35,277 bases of DNA from Methanomassiliicoccales archaeon (lineage in GTDB: Archaea; Thermoplasmatota; Thermoplasmata; Methanomassiliicoccales; UBA472), in NCBI GenBank assembly GCA_050015815.1, contig JBEKAR010000001.1, positions 1-35,277 of the forward strand, written 5' to 3'. Shown here piece after piece: positions 15,786 through 23,255 of this stretch. The notes under the pieces were generated by a model. That model did not search any database. It was not told the DNA's origin and saw only the letters and a list, made by a program, of their open reading frames with translations. The position numbers and the translations under genes were made by a program. Each line of letters starts with the position of its first letter. The first letter of the stretch is position 1.

Positions 15786-16244
15786 ATGAAGCGCGCCCTC
15801 GTCATCGGCATCGGCAGCCCAATCATCAGCGACGATGCGATCGGCATCCGTGTGGCCGAGGAAGTGATGAAGCTCGACCTGCCCGATGTCGATGTCGAAG
15901 AAGCGAGCGTCAGCGGGCTGGACATGATCGAGAAGATGCTCGACCACGAGCCTGTGGTAATCGTGGACGCGATTGTGACGAAGGAGCTGGAACCGGGCAC
16001 TGTGGTTGTCCTGAGCCCGGACGTATTCAGCTCATCGGTCCACGGCACCAATCCTCACGAGACGAACATCGCCACGGCCATGGAGCTCGGACGACGACTG
16101 GAGCCGGAGCGCTTCCCGAAGGAAATCTTCTTCGTGGCGGTCGAGGCGCTCAACACCATCGACATCAGCGAGGAAATGACCCCGCCGGTGAAAGCGGCGC
16201 TCCCCGTCGCGGTGAAGAAGGTCCGCGAGTTGCTCGAGCGTTAG
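15786..16244 (+). CDS. [NiFe]-hydrogenase maturation endopeptidase (HycI/FrhD/HyaD family)
   Basis: 152 aa. N-terminal VIGIGSPIISDDAIG (GxGxxxxxDDxxG box), a later DA box (VIVDAI) and HGTNPHE. Stop is TAG. Confidence 0.85.
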   Translation: MKRALVIGIGSPIISDDAIGIRVAEEVMKLDLPDVDVEEASVSGLDMIEKMLDHEPVVIVDAIVTKELEPGTVVVLSPDVFSSSVHGTNPHETNIATAMELGRRLEPERFPKEIFFVAVEALNTIDISEEMTPPVKAALPVAVKKVRELLER

Positions 16245-17506
16245 AAGTCTAGGGATTCCAGGCTCTTCGCGATCTTTTTGCCAGGCTTCTTCTCCGCGTA
16301 GAGCAAGAGACCGAGCTTCTTCCGATCAATCATCTTCTTTGCGACCCTCAAGACGTCCTCCTCGGTCACCGCCTCGATCTTGTCCAGGACCTCGTCCCCT
16401 GTCGTGGGTCTTCCGTACTGGAGATAGGCCTCGCCGAGGAAGAACATCCGGTTCTCCGCCGAGGATTCGAGCCGCCTGACGATCAATCCCTTGATCCATT
16501 TCTTCGCCCGATTGAGCTCGCCCTTCTCCAGACCGTCGTTCTGCAAGTTCGCGAGCTCCTCGGCAATCATCCCCATGACCTTCTGCGTGTTCTCCGTCGA
16601 GGTCGAGAAGAAGAAGCCGGTCATGCCGGTGTCGGTGTAGGCGTAGGTGACCGAATAGATCGAGTACACCAGACCGTTCTCCTCCCTTACCTTCTGATAG
16701 AGGCGGGACGAGGTGCCAGCAGCCAGTATTCCCCCGACGAGGCCGTGGGCGTACCTGTCCTTGTTCCTCGCGTCGACCGAGGGGAAGCCCATCGCAACGT
16801 AGGCCTGGTCCCCCTCCCTCGGGAAGAGCTGGATGCCTGGCTTGAAGGTCGGTGCCTCCCGCTTCTTCAGGGTGCTCGCCATCGGAAGATCATCGAATGC
16901 CTTTGTGACCCAATTTACCACCTGCTTCGACTCGACGTTTCCGCTCGCCACGACGACCATGTTCGGCGGCCGGTAGAATCCCTCGAAGAACCCGCTGACC
17001 TTCTTCCGGTCGAGCGCCTCGACGCACTCCACGTACCCGGCCTCTGGATCGGCCATGGGGTTTCCCTTCCAAACCTTCTTCATGAGGAGCTCGTGGCTGT
17101 AGGTGTCGGGGTCGTCCTCGGACATCTTGATCTCCTGGGTCACGACCTTCTTCTCTGTCTCGATGTCCTTTACTTCGAGCAGCGGCTCCTTGATGATCTC
17201 GGCGAGCAGTTCTTCGGCCGTGCCGAGCGTCTCGTCGAGTGTCGATACATAGTACGCGGTCATCTCCTTGGTCGTGTAACCGTTCATCTCCCCGCCCGCC
17301 GCCTCGATCTCCTGCGACATCTGTCGGGAGGTGTGGTGACCCGTGCCTTTGAACAGCACATGCTCGAGCATGTGCGCGATGCCGTGCTGATCGGACGGCT
17401 CGTCCCTCGAACCGACCCCGATGTTGACCGCCACTGCGGCGGACTTCGACCACGGAAGCGAATCTACAAGGATCGGTATGCCTCCGGGCGTCGTCTCAAT
17501 CCTCAT
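16241..17506 (-). CDS. M16 (pitrilysin/insulinase-like) zinc peptidase
   Basis: Inverted zinc motif HMLEHVLFKG (HxxEH) about 50 aa from MRIETTPGGIPILV. The track start at 17557 is a GTG; ATG 17506 gives the usual M16 N-terminus. Confidence 0.8.
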   Translation of the reverse strand: MRIETTPGGIPILVDSLPWSKSAAVAVNIGVGSRDEPSDQHGIAHMLEHVLFKGTGHHTSRQMSQEIEAAGGEMNGYTTKEMTAYYVSTLDETLGTAEELLAEIIKEPLLEVKDIETEKKVVTQEIKMSEDDPDTYSHELLMKKVWKGNPMADPEAGYVECVEALDRKKVSGFFEGFYRPPNMVVVASGNVESKQVVNWVTKAFDDLPMASTLKKREAPTFKPGIQLFPREGDQAYVAMGFPSVDARNKDRYAHGLVGGILAAGTSSRLYQKVREENGLVYSIYSVTYAYTDTGMTGFFFSTSTENTQKVMGMIAEELANLQNDGLEKGELNRAKKWIKGLIVRRLESSAENRMFFLGEAYLQYGRPTTGDEVLDKIEAVTEEDVLRVAKKMIDRKKLGLLLYAEKKPGKKIAKSLESLDF

Positions 17507-17623
17507 CTGGCTTAGAGCCTTCAATCTCTCCTGCCTCCCGCCTATTACACAGGGCACGCGATTTGAAGCTATGGGTTTTCAGTCCAGATGGGCGATAAGG
17601 CACCAGGCGAAGACATCGGTGGA

Positions 17624-17640
17624 ATCCGTGCTCCACGGAT
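17624..17640. promoter_or_regulatory. perfect palindrome ATCCGTG-CTC-CACGGAT upstream of the GTPase promoter
   Basis: 7-bp arms at 17624..17630 and 17634..17640, in the divergent intergenic region about 35 nt upstream of the TATA at 17673. Confidence 0.35.
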
Positions 17641-17672
17641 GATAATCATCCCCTAACTTCGCCAGCCAACCG

Positions 17673-17679
17673 TTTAATA
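17673..17679 (+). promoter_or_regulatory. TATA box of the GTPase-V4R/DUF835 operon
   Basis: AACCGTTTAATAGAGC context. ATG 17686 is only 7 nt downstream of the box. ATG 17704 is about 28 nt from its centre (leaderless spacing). Confidence 0.45.
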
Positions 17680-17703
17680 GAGCGCATGGGGATACTCGCG
17701 GGA

Positions 17704-18213
17704 ATGGAGCGCAAGCGCTACATACGCAAGGTCTGCCTCCTCGGGGACGGAGGGGTCGGGAAGACAAGCCTGGTGCGACGCTATGTCGACGACGTGTTCA
17801 ATGACAAGTACATCGTCTCCTTCGGCACGAAGGTCTCCAAGAAGGTCATGAACGTCGATGACGTTGAGTTGACCCTGATGATCTGGGACGTCCTGGGACA
17901 GAGCAGTGAAGACTCGCTGCACGCCGCATACTACCGCGGCTCGAACGGGGCGATGCTCGTCGGCGACCTGACCCGGCCGGAGACATTGGAACACCTGCAG
18001 AAATGGCGCGACGACCTGCTTGCGGTGGAGAGAGGGGCGAAGACCGTAATCGTCGGCAACAAGGCGGACCTGGAGATGGGCATCACGCCGTCCTCTCTCG
18101 CCTCGCTGTCGAAGCAGCTCGGCTCCGACGTCTACCGCACCAGCGCCAAGACCGGAGACGGTGTGGAGAGGACGTTCGAGCAGCTCGGCAAGATACTCCT
18201 GGGTGGTGTCTGA
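17704..18213 (+). CDS. Ras-superfamily (Rab/Ras-like) small GTPase
   Basis: G1 GDGGVGKT, switch-I FGTKV, G3 WDVLGQ, G4 NKAD, G5 TSAK. No lipidation box at the C-terminus. The track start is ATG 17686; I prefer ATG 17704 (MERKRYIRKV...) because of the TATA position. Confidence 0.85.
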   Translation: MERKRYIRKVCLLGDGGVGKTSLVRRYVDDVFNDKYIVSFGTKVSKKVMNVDDVELTLMIWDVLGQSSEDSLHAAYYRGSNGAMLVGDLTRPETLEHLQKWRDDLLAVERGAKTVIVGNKADLEMGITPSSLASLSKQLGSDVYRTSAKTGDGVERTFEQLGKILLGGV

Positions 18214-19158
18214 ATGGCACGCTACAATCCGTTCTTCGTCATGCCGGGGTCGGCCTTGCTCGACCTCAGGGAAGAGCTTGAGCTTATCGAGGACAAGGGA
18301 GCGGGAGAGACGCTGGAAAGGTATGGATATCGCGCTGGCGTCGGCCTGATCGGGGTGCTCGACGTGTCGGCGGAGAACGAGGATGATCTCAGGCAGATGC
18401 TGCCCCAGATCTGGTCCGAGACCGGCCTAGGAAGGATGAAGATCAAGAAAGCCTCCCGAGGAGAGATCGAGGTGGAGATCGAGGAGAGCATCGAAGCGTT
18501 CCACGGACGCAAGTGCGACTTCACTCGTGGTTATCTTGCCGGCATAGTGTCGTCCCTGCTAGACACGCGCTACACCGCAGCGGAGAAGGAGTGCATCTCA
18601 GACGGCAAGGACGCTTGCGTCCACGTGCTCCTCCCGGCGGAGGATAGGGTGGAGGAAACGGTCGCGGAAAAGATCGAGAAGCCCGAGGCGGAAGGTCTCG
18701 AGCCCGGCAACTCCTACCTCATCGAGTCGGAGGACCAGTATGCTGGCTTCGATGTTTTCACTGACCTGGTCTCGAAGGGCGCGAGGTGCATGAGCATCGT
18801 CCGGGAGTATCCAGATAAGCTCAGGAAGAAGTTCGACCTCGGCGCTTCGCCGTGCCTCTGGCTTTCATATGAACGGGACGTAAAGTACGCGAGGGAGCCG
18901 ACGAACGTCCCGCTGATCTACTCCGAGGTGAAGAGCTTCCTCGACGGGGAGGAAGGGAGCGTCGTGCTCATCTCCGGGCTCGAGTATCTCGTGAGCCAGA
19001 ACACGTTCCTCAAGGTGCTCAAGTTCCTCCAGTTGCTCAACGAGAACGTCGCGGTGAAGGACGCGATGCTCCTTCTGCCGCTCAGCACGCAGGCGCTCAA
19101 CCCCCGCGAGGTCAAGATCCTCGAGAGGGAGATGCGGGTCTACAAGCCCACGCAGTGA
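18214..19158 (+). CDS. V4R-domain (Bet3-like fold) + DUF835-like two-domain protein
   Basis: Its ATG directly follows the GTPase stop (TGAATG). The N-terminal domain ends with CDFTRGYLAGIVSSLL...AEKECISDGKDACVHVL, the C..F..G...G ... E.C...G...C signature of V4R. The C-terminal half (GNSYLIES...ARCMSIVREYPDKLRKKF...CLWLS...VVLISGLEYLVSQNTFLKVLKFLQLL) matches my recollection of DUF835. Confidence 0.75.
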   Translation: MARYNPFFVMPGSALLDLREELELIEDKGAGETLERYGYRAGVGLIGVLDVSAENEDDLRQMLPQIWSETGLGRMKIKKASRGEIEVEIEESIEAFHGRKCDFTRGYLAGIVSSLLDTRYTAAEKECISDGKDACVHVLLPAEDRVEETVAEKIEKPEAEGLEPGNSYLIESEDQYAGFDVFTDLVSKGARCMSIVREYPDKLRKKFDLGASPCLWLSYERDVKYAREPTNVPLIYSEVKSFLDGEEGSVVLISGLEYLVSQNTFLKVLKFLQLLNENVAVKDAMLLLPLSTQALNPREVKILEREMRVYKPTQ

Positions 19159-19210
19159 GCCTGCCGCAGTCAGATAGGATTAAGTGCCATAATCGAATTA
19201 CGTCGGCACC

Positions 19211-19681
19211 ATGAACATAGTGCCCAAGAAGTTCTTCATCACCTCGGGCTGCGCCGTAAGCAAGGTGTCCGACCTGAACGCCTTCGACGAGGCCCTGAAG
19301 AAGGCCCGAATCGGCGAACAGAACCTCGTCTCGGTCTCGTCGGTCCTGCCGATCGGGGCCAAGCAGGTCCCGGTCAGGGAGATGCCGATGGGCGGCGTGA
19401 CCTTCTGCGTCCTGGCCCAGATGAGGGGCGGGGAGGGTGAGATGATCTCGGCCGGCATCTGCTACGCCTTCAGAAAGGACGGCAAGGGCGGCTACGTGGC
19501 GGAAGGGCACATGCACGGCACGAAGAAGGCCCTGAAGGAAGTCCTCGAGTGGAAGATGACCGAGATGTCCAAGCTCAGGGGGATCGAGCTGAGGACGATC
19601 CACTACATGGTCGAGGAGCTGTCCATTCCCATGGATCATTACGGCGCTTGCGTCGGCTCCTGCGTCTTCGTCGAGTTCTGA
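19211..19681 (+). CDS. pdaD: pyruvoyl-dependent arginine decarboxylase
   Basis: 156 aa. VPKKFFITSG N-terminus and the NLVSVSSVLP self-cleavage site context typical of PdaD. Confidence 0.9.
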   Translation: MNIVPKKFFITSGCAVSKVSDLNAFDEALKKARIGEQNLVSVSSVLPIGAKQVPVREMPMGGVTFCVLAQMRGGEGEMISAGICYAFRKDGKGGYVAEGHMHGTKKALKEVLEWKMTEMSKLRGIELRTIHYMVEELSIPMDHYGACVGSCVFVEF

Positions 19682-20121
19682 TGTTCGGAGTCGTCGTCTG
19701 CCCTAAGTGCAAGAAGGCGAGAGGTGTCGTTCTAGGTTCAGCGAGGGCCAGGTGCCCCCGCTGCGGTCACTCCATTGACCTTTCCAAGGCGAGAGTTTTC
19801 TACAAGACGGATTCACAAGCCGAGCTGGCCGAAGCTGTGAAGAAGATGATGGACCGCCTGAACGAGGGCATCGAGGAGATCGACGTCGAGAGGAAGAGAC
19901 GCCGACCCTTCGAGAAGAAGGAGGTGCGGACCCGGCGCACCGAGGACTCGCTGCTTGCCGCGGTGAGGGAGCTGAGCGAGAGGCTTGGGACGTTCGGGCC
20001 AGAAGATTTCGCCAAGAGCATCGAGACCAAAGACGTCGAGGAGGCCTCGAAGCTGATCGACAACATGCTCGCCCAAGGCCTTCTTCTCGAGCCTAGGCCG
20101 GGGCGCTATCGGTCCGCGTGA
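19681..20121 (+). CDS. zinc-ribbon + probable winged-helix protein (conserved archaeal hypothetical)
   Basis: ATG 19681 shares its A with the pdaD stop (TGATG). It is codon 45 of track ORF 19549..20121, whose upstream part lies inside pdaD. N-terminus CPKC...(14 aa)...CPRC. The C-terminus (LLAAVRELSE...AQGLLLEPRPGRYR) looks wHTH-like. Confidence 0.65.
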   Translation: MFGVVVCPKCKKARGVVLGSARARCPRCGHSIDLSKARVFYKTDSQAELAEAVKKMMDRLNEGIEEIDVERKRRRPFEKKEVRTRRTEDSLLAAVRELSERLGTFGPEDFAKSIETKDVEEASKLIDNMLAQGLLLEPRPGRYRSA

Positions 20122-20479
20122 CGACCGAGATCTGCACCTGCTCGGAGAGCGCCGCGTCGACGGCAAGAACGATCCTCTTCATGGAGTCGCTATGGTGAAT
20201 TGAGGTGTAGACCTCTGAGAAGGTCGGCTCGACCCCGGGCGGATAGGTGAGCGGATCGTACGAGCAGTGGAACGAGTAGTAGTAGTCGAAGAGGTCCGCC
20301 ACGACGCCACCGTTCGCTCCCGCAACGAGATCGCGCTGCACCACGAAATCGCTCGAAGCGGGAACGCTCTACTGGAAGAGGATTGCGATCAGGCTCTGGA
20401 TGTACGGCATCAGGGTCACCAGGGCGACGATGAATACCGCCGCTGCGGCGATCCCGGCTATCCTGCCACGGGCGACCAT
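20093..20479 (-). CDS. signal-anchored small protein ORF interrupted by an in-frame TAG (two ORFs, readthrough/recoding, or pseudogene)
   Basis: ATG 20479 lies behind GGGAGTG, 16 nt after the PrsW-like stop, and gives MVARGRIAGIAAAAVFIVALVTLMPYIQSLIAILFQ. TAG follows at 20371..20369. The same frame continues SVPASSDFVVQRDLVAGANGG...TRTDSAPA to TAG at 20095..20093. The downstream part has no ATG near its start; the track ORF 20093..20344 begins at a GTG. Confidence 0.4.
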
Positions 20480-20495
20480 TCTTTCACTCCCGCAG

Positions 20496-21206
20496 CTAGA
20501 CCTTCTTCAGCTTCCTCGCCTTCTTACCGAAGCGCTTCACCTCGCCCTCCACCAGGTTCGGGATCATGCGGCTGTGCACGTACCAGTAGTAGTATGCCGG
20601 TATGATCGTCGCAGCGGCAAGGAAGACGATGTTGAACGGAAGGCCGAGCAGGTAGAATCCTATCATGATCAAGTTGACCGCGACGTGCACCATCGTCGCC
20701 TGAGCGAAGTAGCTGAACGGGATGTTCTTCGCCACGCCCGCCCCGATGGTCGCGCCGGTCGCTCCTCCTAGGGTTGCCAGTTGCACCGAGATGACTATCA
20801 GTATGGCGATGTCCCCCACGCCGGTGAGGCCGTTGAGCGACGAGAGCGAAGCGAACACGTTCCCGGTGGCGATCGCCCCGCCCATTCCCAGGCCGAGCAC
20901 CAGGCCGATGAACGTCGTGTCCAGTTTTCGTTGGAACCGCTTGAAGTTGAGGATGACGAGCCTGACCAGCTCTTCTAGGACGGCGAAGACGAGAGCATAG
21001 AGCACGAAGCTCAGGTCGAAACCGAACTCGAAGAACCAGATGACAACGCCGATGATCAGGCCGATCGCGAGGAATAGGAAGATGCGGCGGTCGTCGAAGA
21101 ACGCCTTCGCCACCGCCGGGTAAGTGTAAGACCGGAGGGTGAAGTACATCAGGAAAAGGGCCGGACCCAGGCCGATCGCCCCGGCGATGAGGAAGTCGAA
21201 GCTCAT
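20496..21206 (-). CDS. polytopic membrane protein, PrsW-like (or CPBP-like) intramembrane protease
   Basis: 236 aa with at least 6 hydrophobic helices. E-E-x-x-R box (AVLEELVRL) and H-x-x-x-N box (MVHVAVNL) lie inside predicted helices, as in PrsW-family proteases. Stop is TAG, followed 3 codons later by TGA. Confidence 0.55.
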   Translation of the reverse strand: MSFDFLIAGAIGLGPALFLMYFTLRSYTYPAVAKAFFDDRRIFLFLAIGLIIGVVIWFFEFGFDLSFVLYALVFAVLEELVRLVILNFKRFQRKLDTTFIGLVLGLGMGGAIATGNVFASLSSLNGLTGVGDIAILIVISVQLATLGGATGATIGAGVAKNIPFSYFAQATMVHVAVNLIMIGFYLLGLPFNIVFLAAATIIPAYYYWYVHSRMIPNLVEGEVKRFGKKARKLKKV

Positions 21207-21230
21207 TCCGCCTCACTCAGCGCTTTTCCC

Positions 21231-21238
21231 TATATAAT
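21231..21238 (-). promoter_or_regulatory. TATA box of the PrsW-like gene
   Basis: Minus strand reads GGATTATATAGGG. The centre is about 28 nt upstream of ATG 21206 (leaderless spacing), inside the 45-nt gap after the upstream gene. Confidence 0.45.
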
Positions 21239-21251
21239 CCTGCTCCGGGTA

Positions 21252-23147
21252 TCATGCCTCGGCCACGAGCTTGTCGTAGTAGTGGGCGACGACGCACGCC
21301 TCGGAGCACTTGCCGCATTGCACGCAAAGCTCCTCGTCGACGACCGGCCCTTCGTCCAGGCGGATCGCCTTCCTCTTGCAGTTCTTGATGCATATGCCGC
21401 ACATGGTGCACATCTCCGCCCGGAGGAACGCCTTCACTCCCGCCTCGAACGCCTCCTTTGCGTTCTCAGGCGTCGAGCCGGTGGCGACGACCTGGCCGCC
21501 GCCGAACGCCTTAATGGTCGTTTCCTTGCCTTTCGTCAGAGCGATCTCGTACTCCTCCGAGATCCTGGTCTTGCCAACCGTCTTGAGGACCTCCCCAACC
21601 TTGGAGAAAGGTCTGGAGCATGGAACGGAGATCACGCCCTCGATCGAATAACCGCCAGTTAGGCAGGGAGAGAGCCCCTTGACCATCTTGAGCCTGAGGC
21701 GGTCGGACCTTTGCCGCGGCACCTGGAGCTTGATCTGCTCCGCTAGAAGACGCATCTTCGCGGGAAGCACCTTCCAGCGCCAGAAACCGAATCTGACGAA
21801 GTCCGGGCTGACCGCTCCCGCCTTCGCCCACCGGTTCAGGTGCTCCGTCCACTTCTGATAGAGATCGGGATGAATCCTCTTGGTCTGTCTCCACTCGCTT
21901 GCCAGGCATGACGGACAGAGATAGCAGCCAATTCTCTCGAAGTCCTCCTCGTAGAGCGGACTATACTCGAGCCCCTTCCACCAAACATAAGCCCAGACGT
22001 CCGCCGCCCTCCAGTGACGGATCGGGTTGAGAACCGTCTGGTTCGGAACGAACGGGTTCCTCTCGACGAAGTTGATGTCAGCGCGAGCGAACGACTCGAG
22101 CTGCCGGTTCCCCTCGACGGTCGTCGTGCCCTCGGGGTACGTTCGCTCGATCAGGTCGGTGAGAGGCCCCAGCTTGCAGACCTTACAGCACCAACGGAAG
22201 TCCTTCGCCGGCGGGCCGAACGCCTCGACGTTCTCCCAGAAGGCGTTCCCTGCCTCCGCCACCATCAGCCGGTCACCGTGCTTCGCGGCGAACCGCTTGA
22301 CGTACTCCTCCGTCTCAGGGAACTCAAGACCGGTGTTGACGAAGATCAGCGTCACCTCCCTCATCGCTTTCTTGGACAACGCGTAGGCGGCGAGCGAGTC
22401 CTTTCCCCCGCTGAAGGAGACGGTCAGCGGTGCCTTGCCCTGCTTGGCGTACGACTTGATGTCGCTCACGCCCTTCGATTCGAGCTTCAGCAGGTGGTCC
22501 GCGTTCGCCTCAACGAAGACGCGTTCGTCGCTCTTCCCCGCCTCCCACTGGCCGTCCGCGTTGCCCGCTCCGCGAATGTGGATCGCCTTGTCCCCCTTCT
22601 TCGCCTCCGAGGATGGGACCCTGGCGTTCGCCGCGCAGACTAGGTTTCCTGTCAGCGCGATGACCGGGTCGCCGGCTTCGAACTCTTCGTTGAGCTCGAC
22701 GACCTCGCTCCCGGGAACGTTCTTGCCCTTGAGGTGGCCGGACAACGGTGCGAGCTTGACGATCCCTTTCTTGGCCTTCTGGAATAGCAAGAGGGCACCA
22801 TCGACGTTCAGGTCGAGGCGCATCCTCTGGACTGGGATATCGAATCTCAGGATCCCGATGACCCTGCCGCCGACTATCACCTCGTCGACACGGTCCTCGC
22901 CCGCGGTCTTGTTGAAGAACACAATCAGGTCGTCGAGGGCCTCGCCACAAGCGAAGTGCCTCTGGACCTCGTCCCGCAGCGTTTCCGCGCCCCCGCTCAG
23001 CGAAGGCCTGATGTCGCCGGGCTTGGAGACCTCGAACTCCCTTCCGATGGATCCGCACCTCGAGCAGACGGTCGAGAGGAGGAGTGTCGCGCAATGGTCA
23101 CACCAGCGCATCGCCACCTTCCCGTGCCTGGTATCCCTTTCCGACAT
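21252..23147 (-). CDS. Zn-ribbon / PUA-like / PP-loop ATP-pyrophosphatase (PAPS-reductase family) / 2x[4Fe-4S] ferredoxin fusion protein
   Basis: N-terminus CDHC...(10 aa)...CSRC. PUA-like stretch KGKNVPGSEVVELNEEFEAGDPVIALTGNLVCAANARV. PP-loop SFSGGKDS, then the RWCCKVCK box of the PAPS-reductase/DndC-like family. C-terminus CTMCGICIKNC ... CVQCGKCSEAC. The track start 23159 is a GTG; ATG 23147 lies behind GAGG. Confidence 0.8.
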   Translation of the reverse strand: MSERDTRHGKVAMRWCDHCATLLLSTVCSRCGSIGREFEVSKPGDIRPSLSGGAETLRDEVQRHFACGEALDDLIVFFNKTAGEDRVDEVIVGGRVIGILRFDIPVQRMRLDLNVDGALLLFQKAKKGIVKLAPLSGHLKGKNVPGSEVVELNEEFEAGDPVIALTGNLVCAANARVPSSEAKKGDKAIHIRGAGNADGQWEAGKSDERVFVEANADHLLKLESKGVSDIKSYAKQGKAPLTVSFSGGKDSLAAYALSKKAMREVTLIFVNTGLEFPETEEYVKRFAAKHGDRLMVAEAGNAFWENVEAFGPPAKDFRWCCKVCKLGPLTDLIERTYPEGTTTVEGNRQLESFARADINFVERNPFVPNQTVLNPIRHWRAADVWAYVWWKGLEYSPLYEEDFERIGCYLCPSCLASEWRQTKRIHPDLYQKWTEHLNRWAKAGAVSPDFVRFGFWRWKVLPAKMRLLAEQIKLQVPRQRSDRLRLKMVKGLSPCLTGGYSIEGVISVPCSRPFSKVGEVLKTVGKTRISEEYEIALTKGKETTIKAFGGGQVVATGSTPENAKEAFEAGVKAFLRAEMCTMCGICIKNCKRKAIRLDEGPVVDEELCVQCGKCSEACVVAHYYDKLVAEA

Positions 23148-23237
23148 GGACCGCCTCACATTACGTAAACCCGTACTTCAACCTATGCTGGAACGGGACG
23201 ACGTATCTGGCCCTTCCGAATCCGCCGAGGATAAGCC

Positions 23238-23245
23238 TTTATAGG
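23238..23245. promoter_or_regulatory. near-palindromic TATA element in the divergent region between the PAPS-reductase-like and S2P genes
   Basis: AAGCCTTTATAGGGGCTT. The box is only about 15 nt from ATG 23256, so the S2P gene may really start at ATG 23280 (MYDEYGNLY...), or this box serves the minus-strand gene. Confidence 0.3.
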
Positions 23246-23255
23246 GGCTTCCGCC

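Noticed and set aside
15650-16252. 200-aa Arg-rich ORF overlapping the hydrogenase protease gene in another frame
   Set aside because: The 15786..16244 frame carries the protease motifs and a correctly spaced promoter. The alternative frame is low-complexity Arg/Gly.
20524-21216. 230-aa alternative-frame ORF on the same strand as the PrsW-like gene
   Set aside because: Arg/Pro/Gly-rich and not hydrophobic. The 20496..21206 frame gives a coherent polytopic membrane protein with a leaderless-type promoter.
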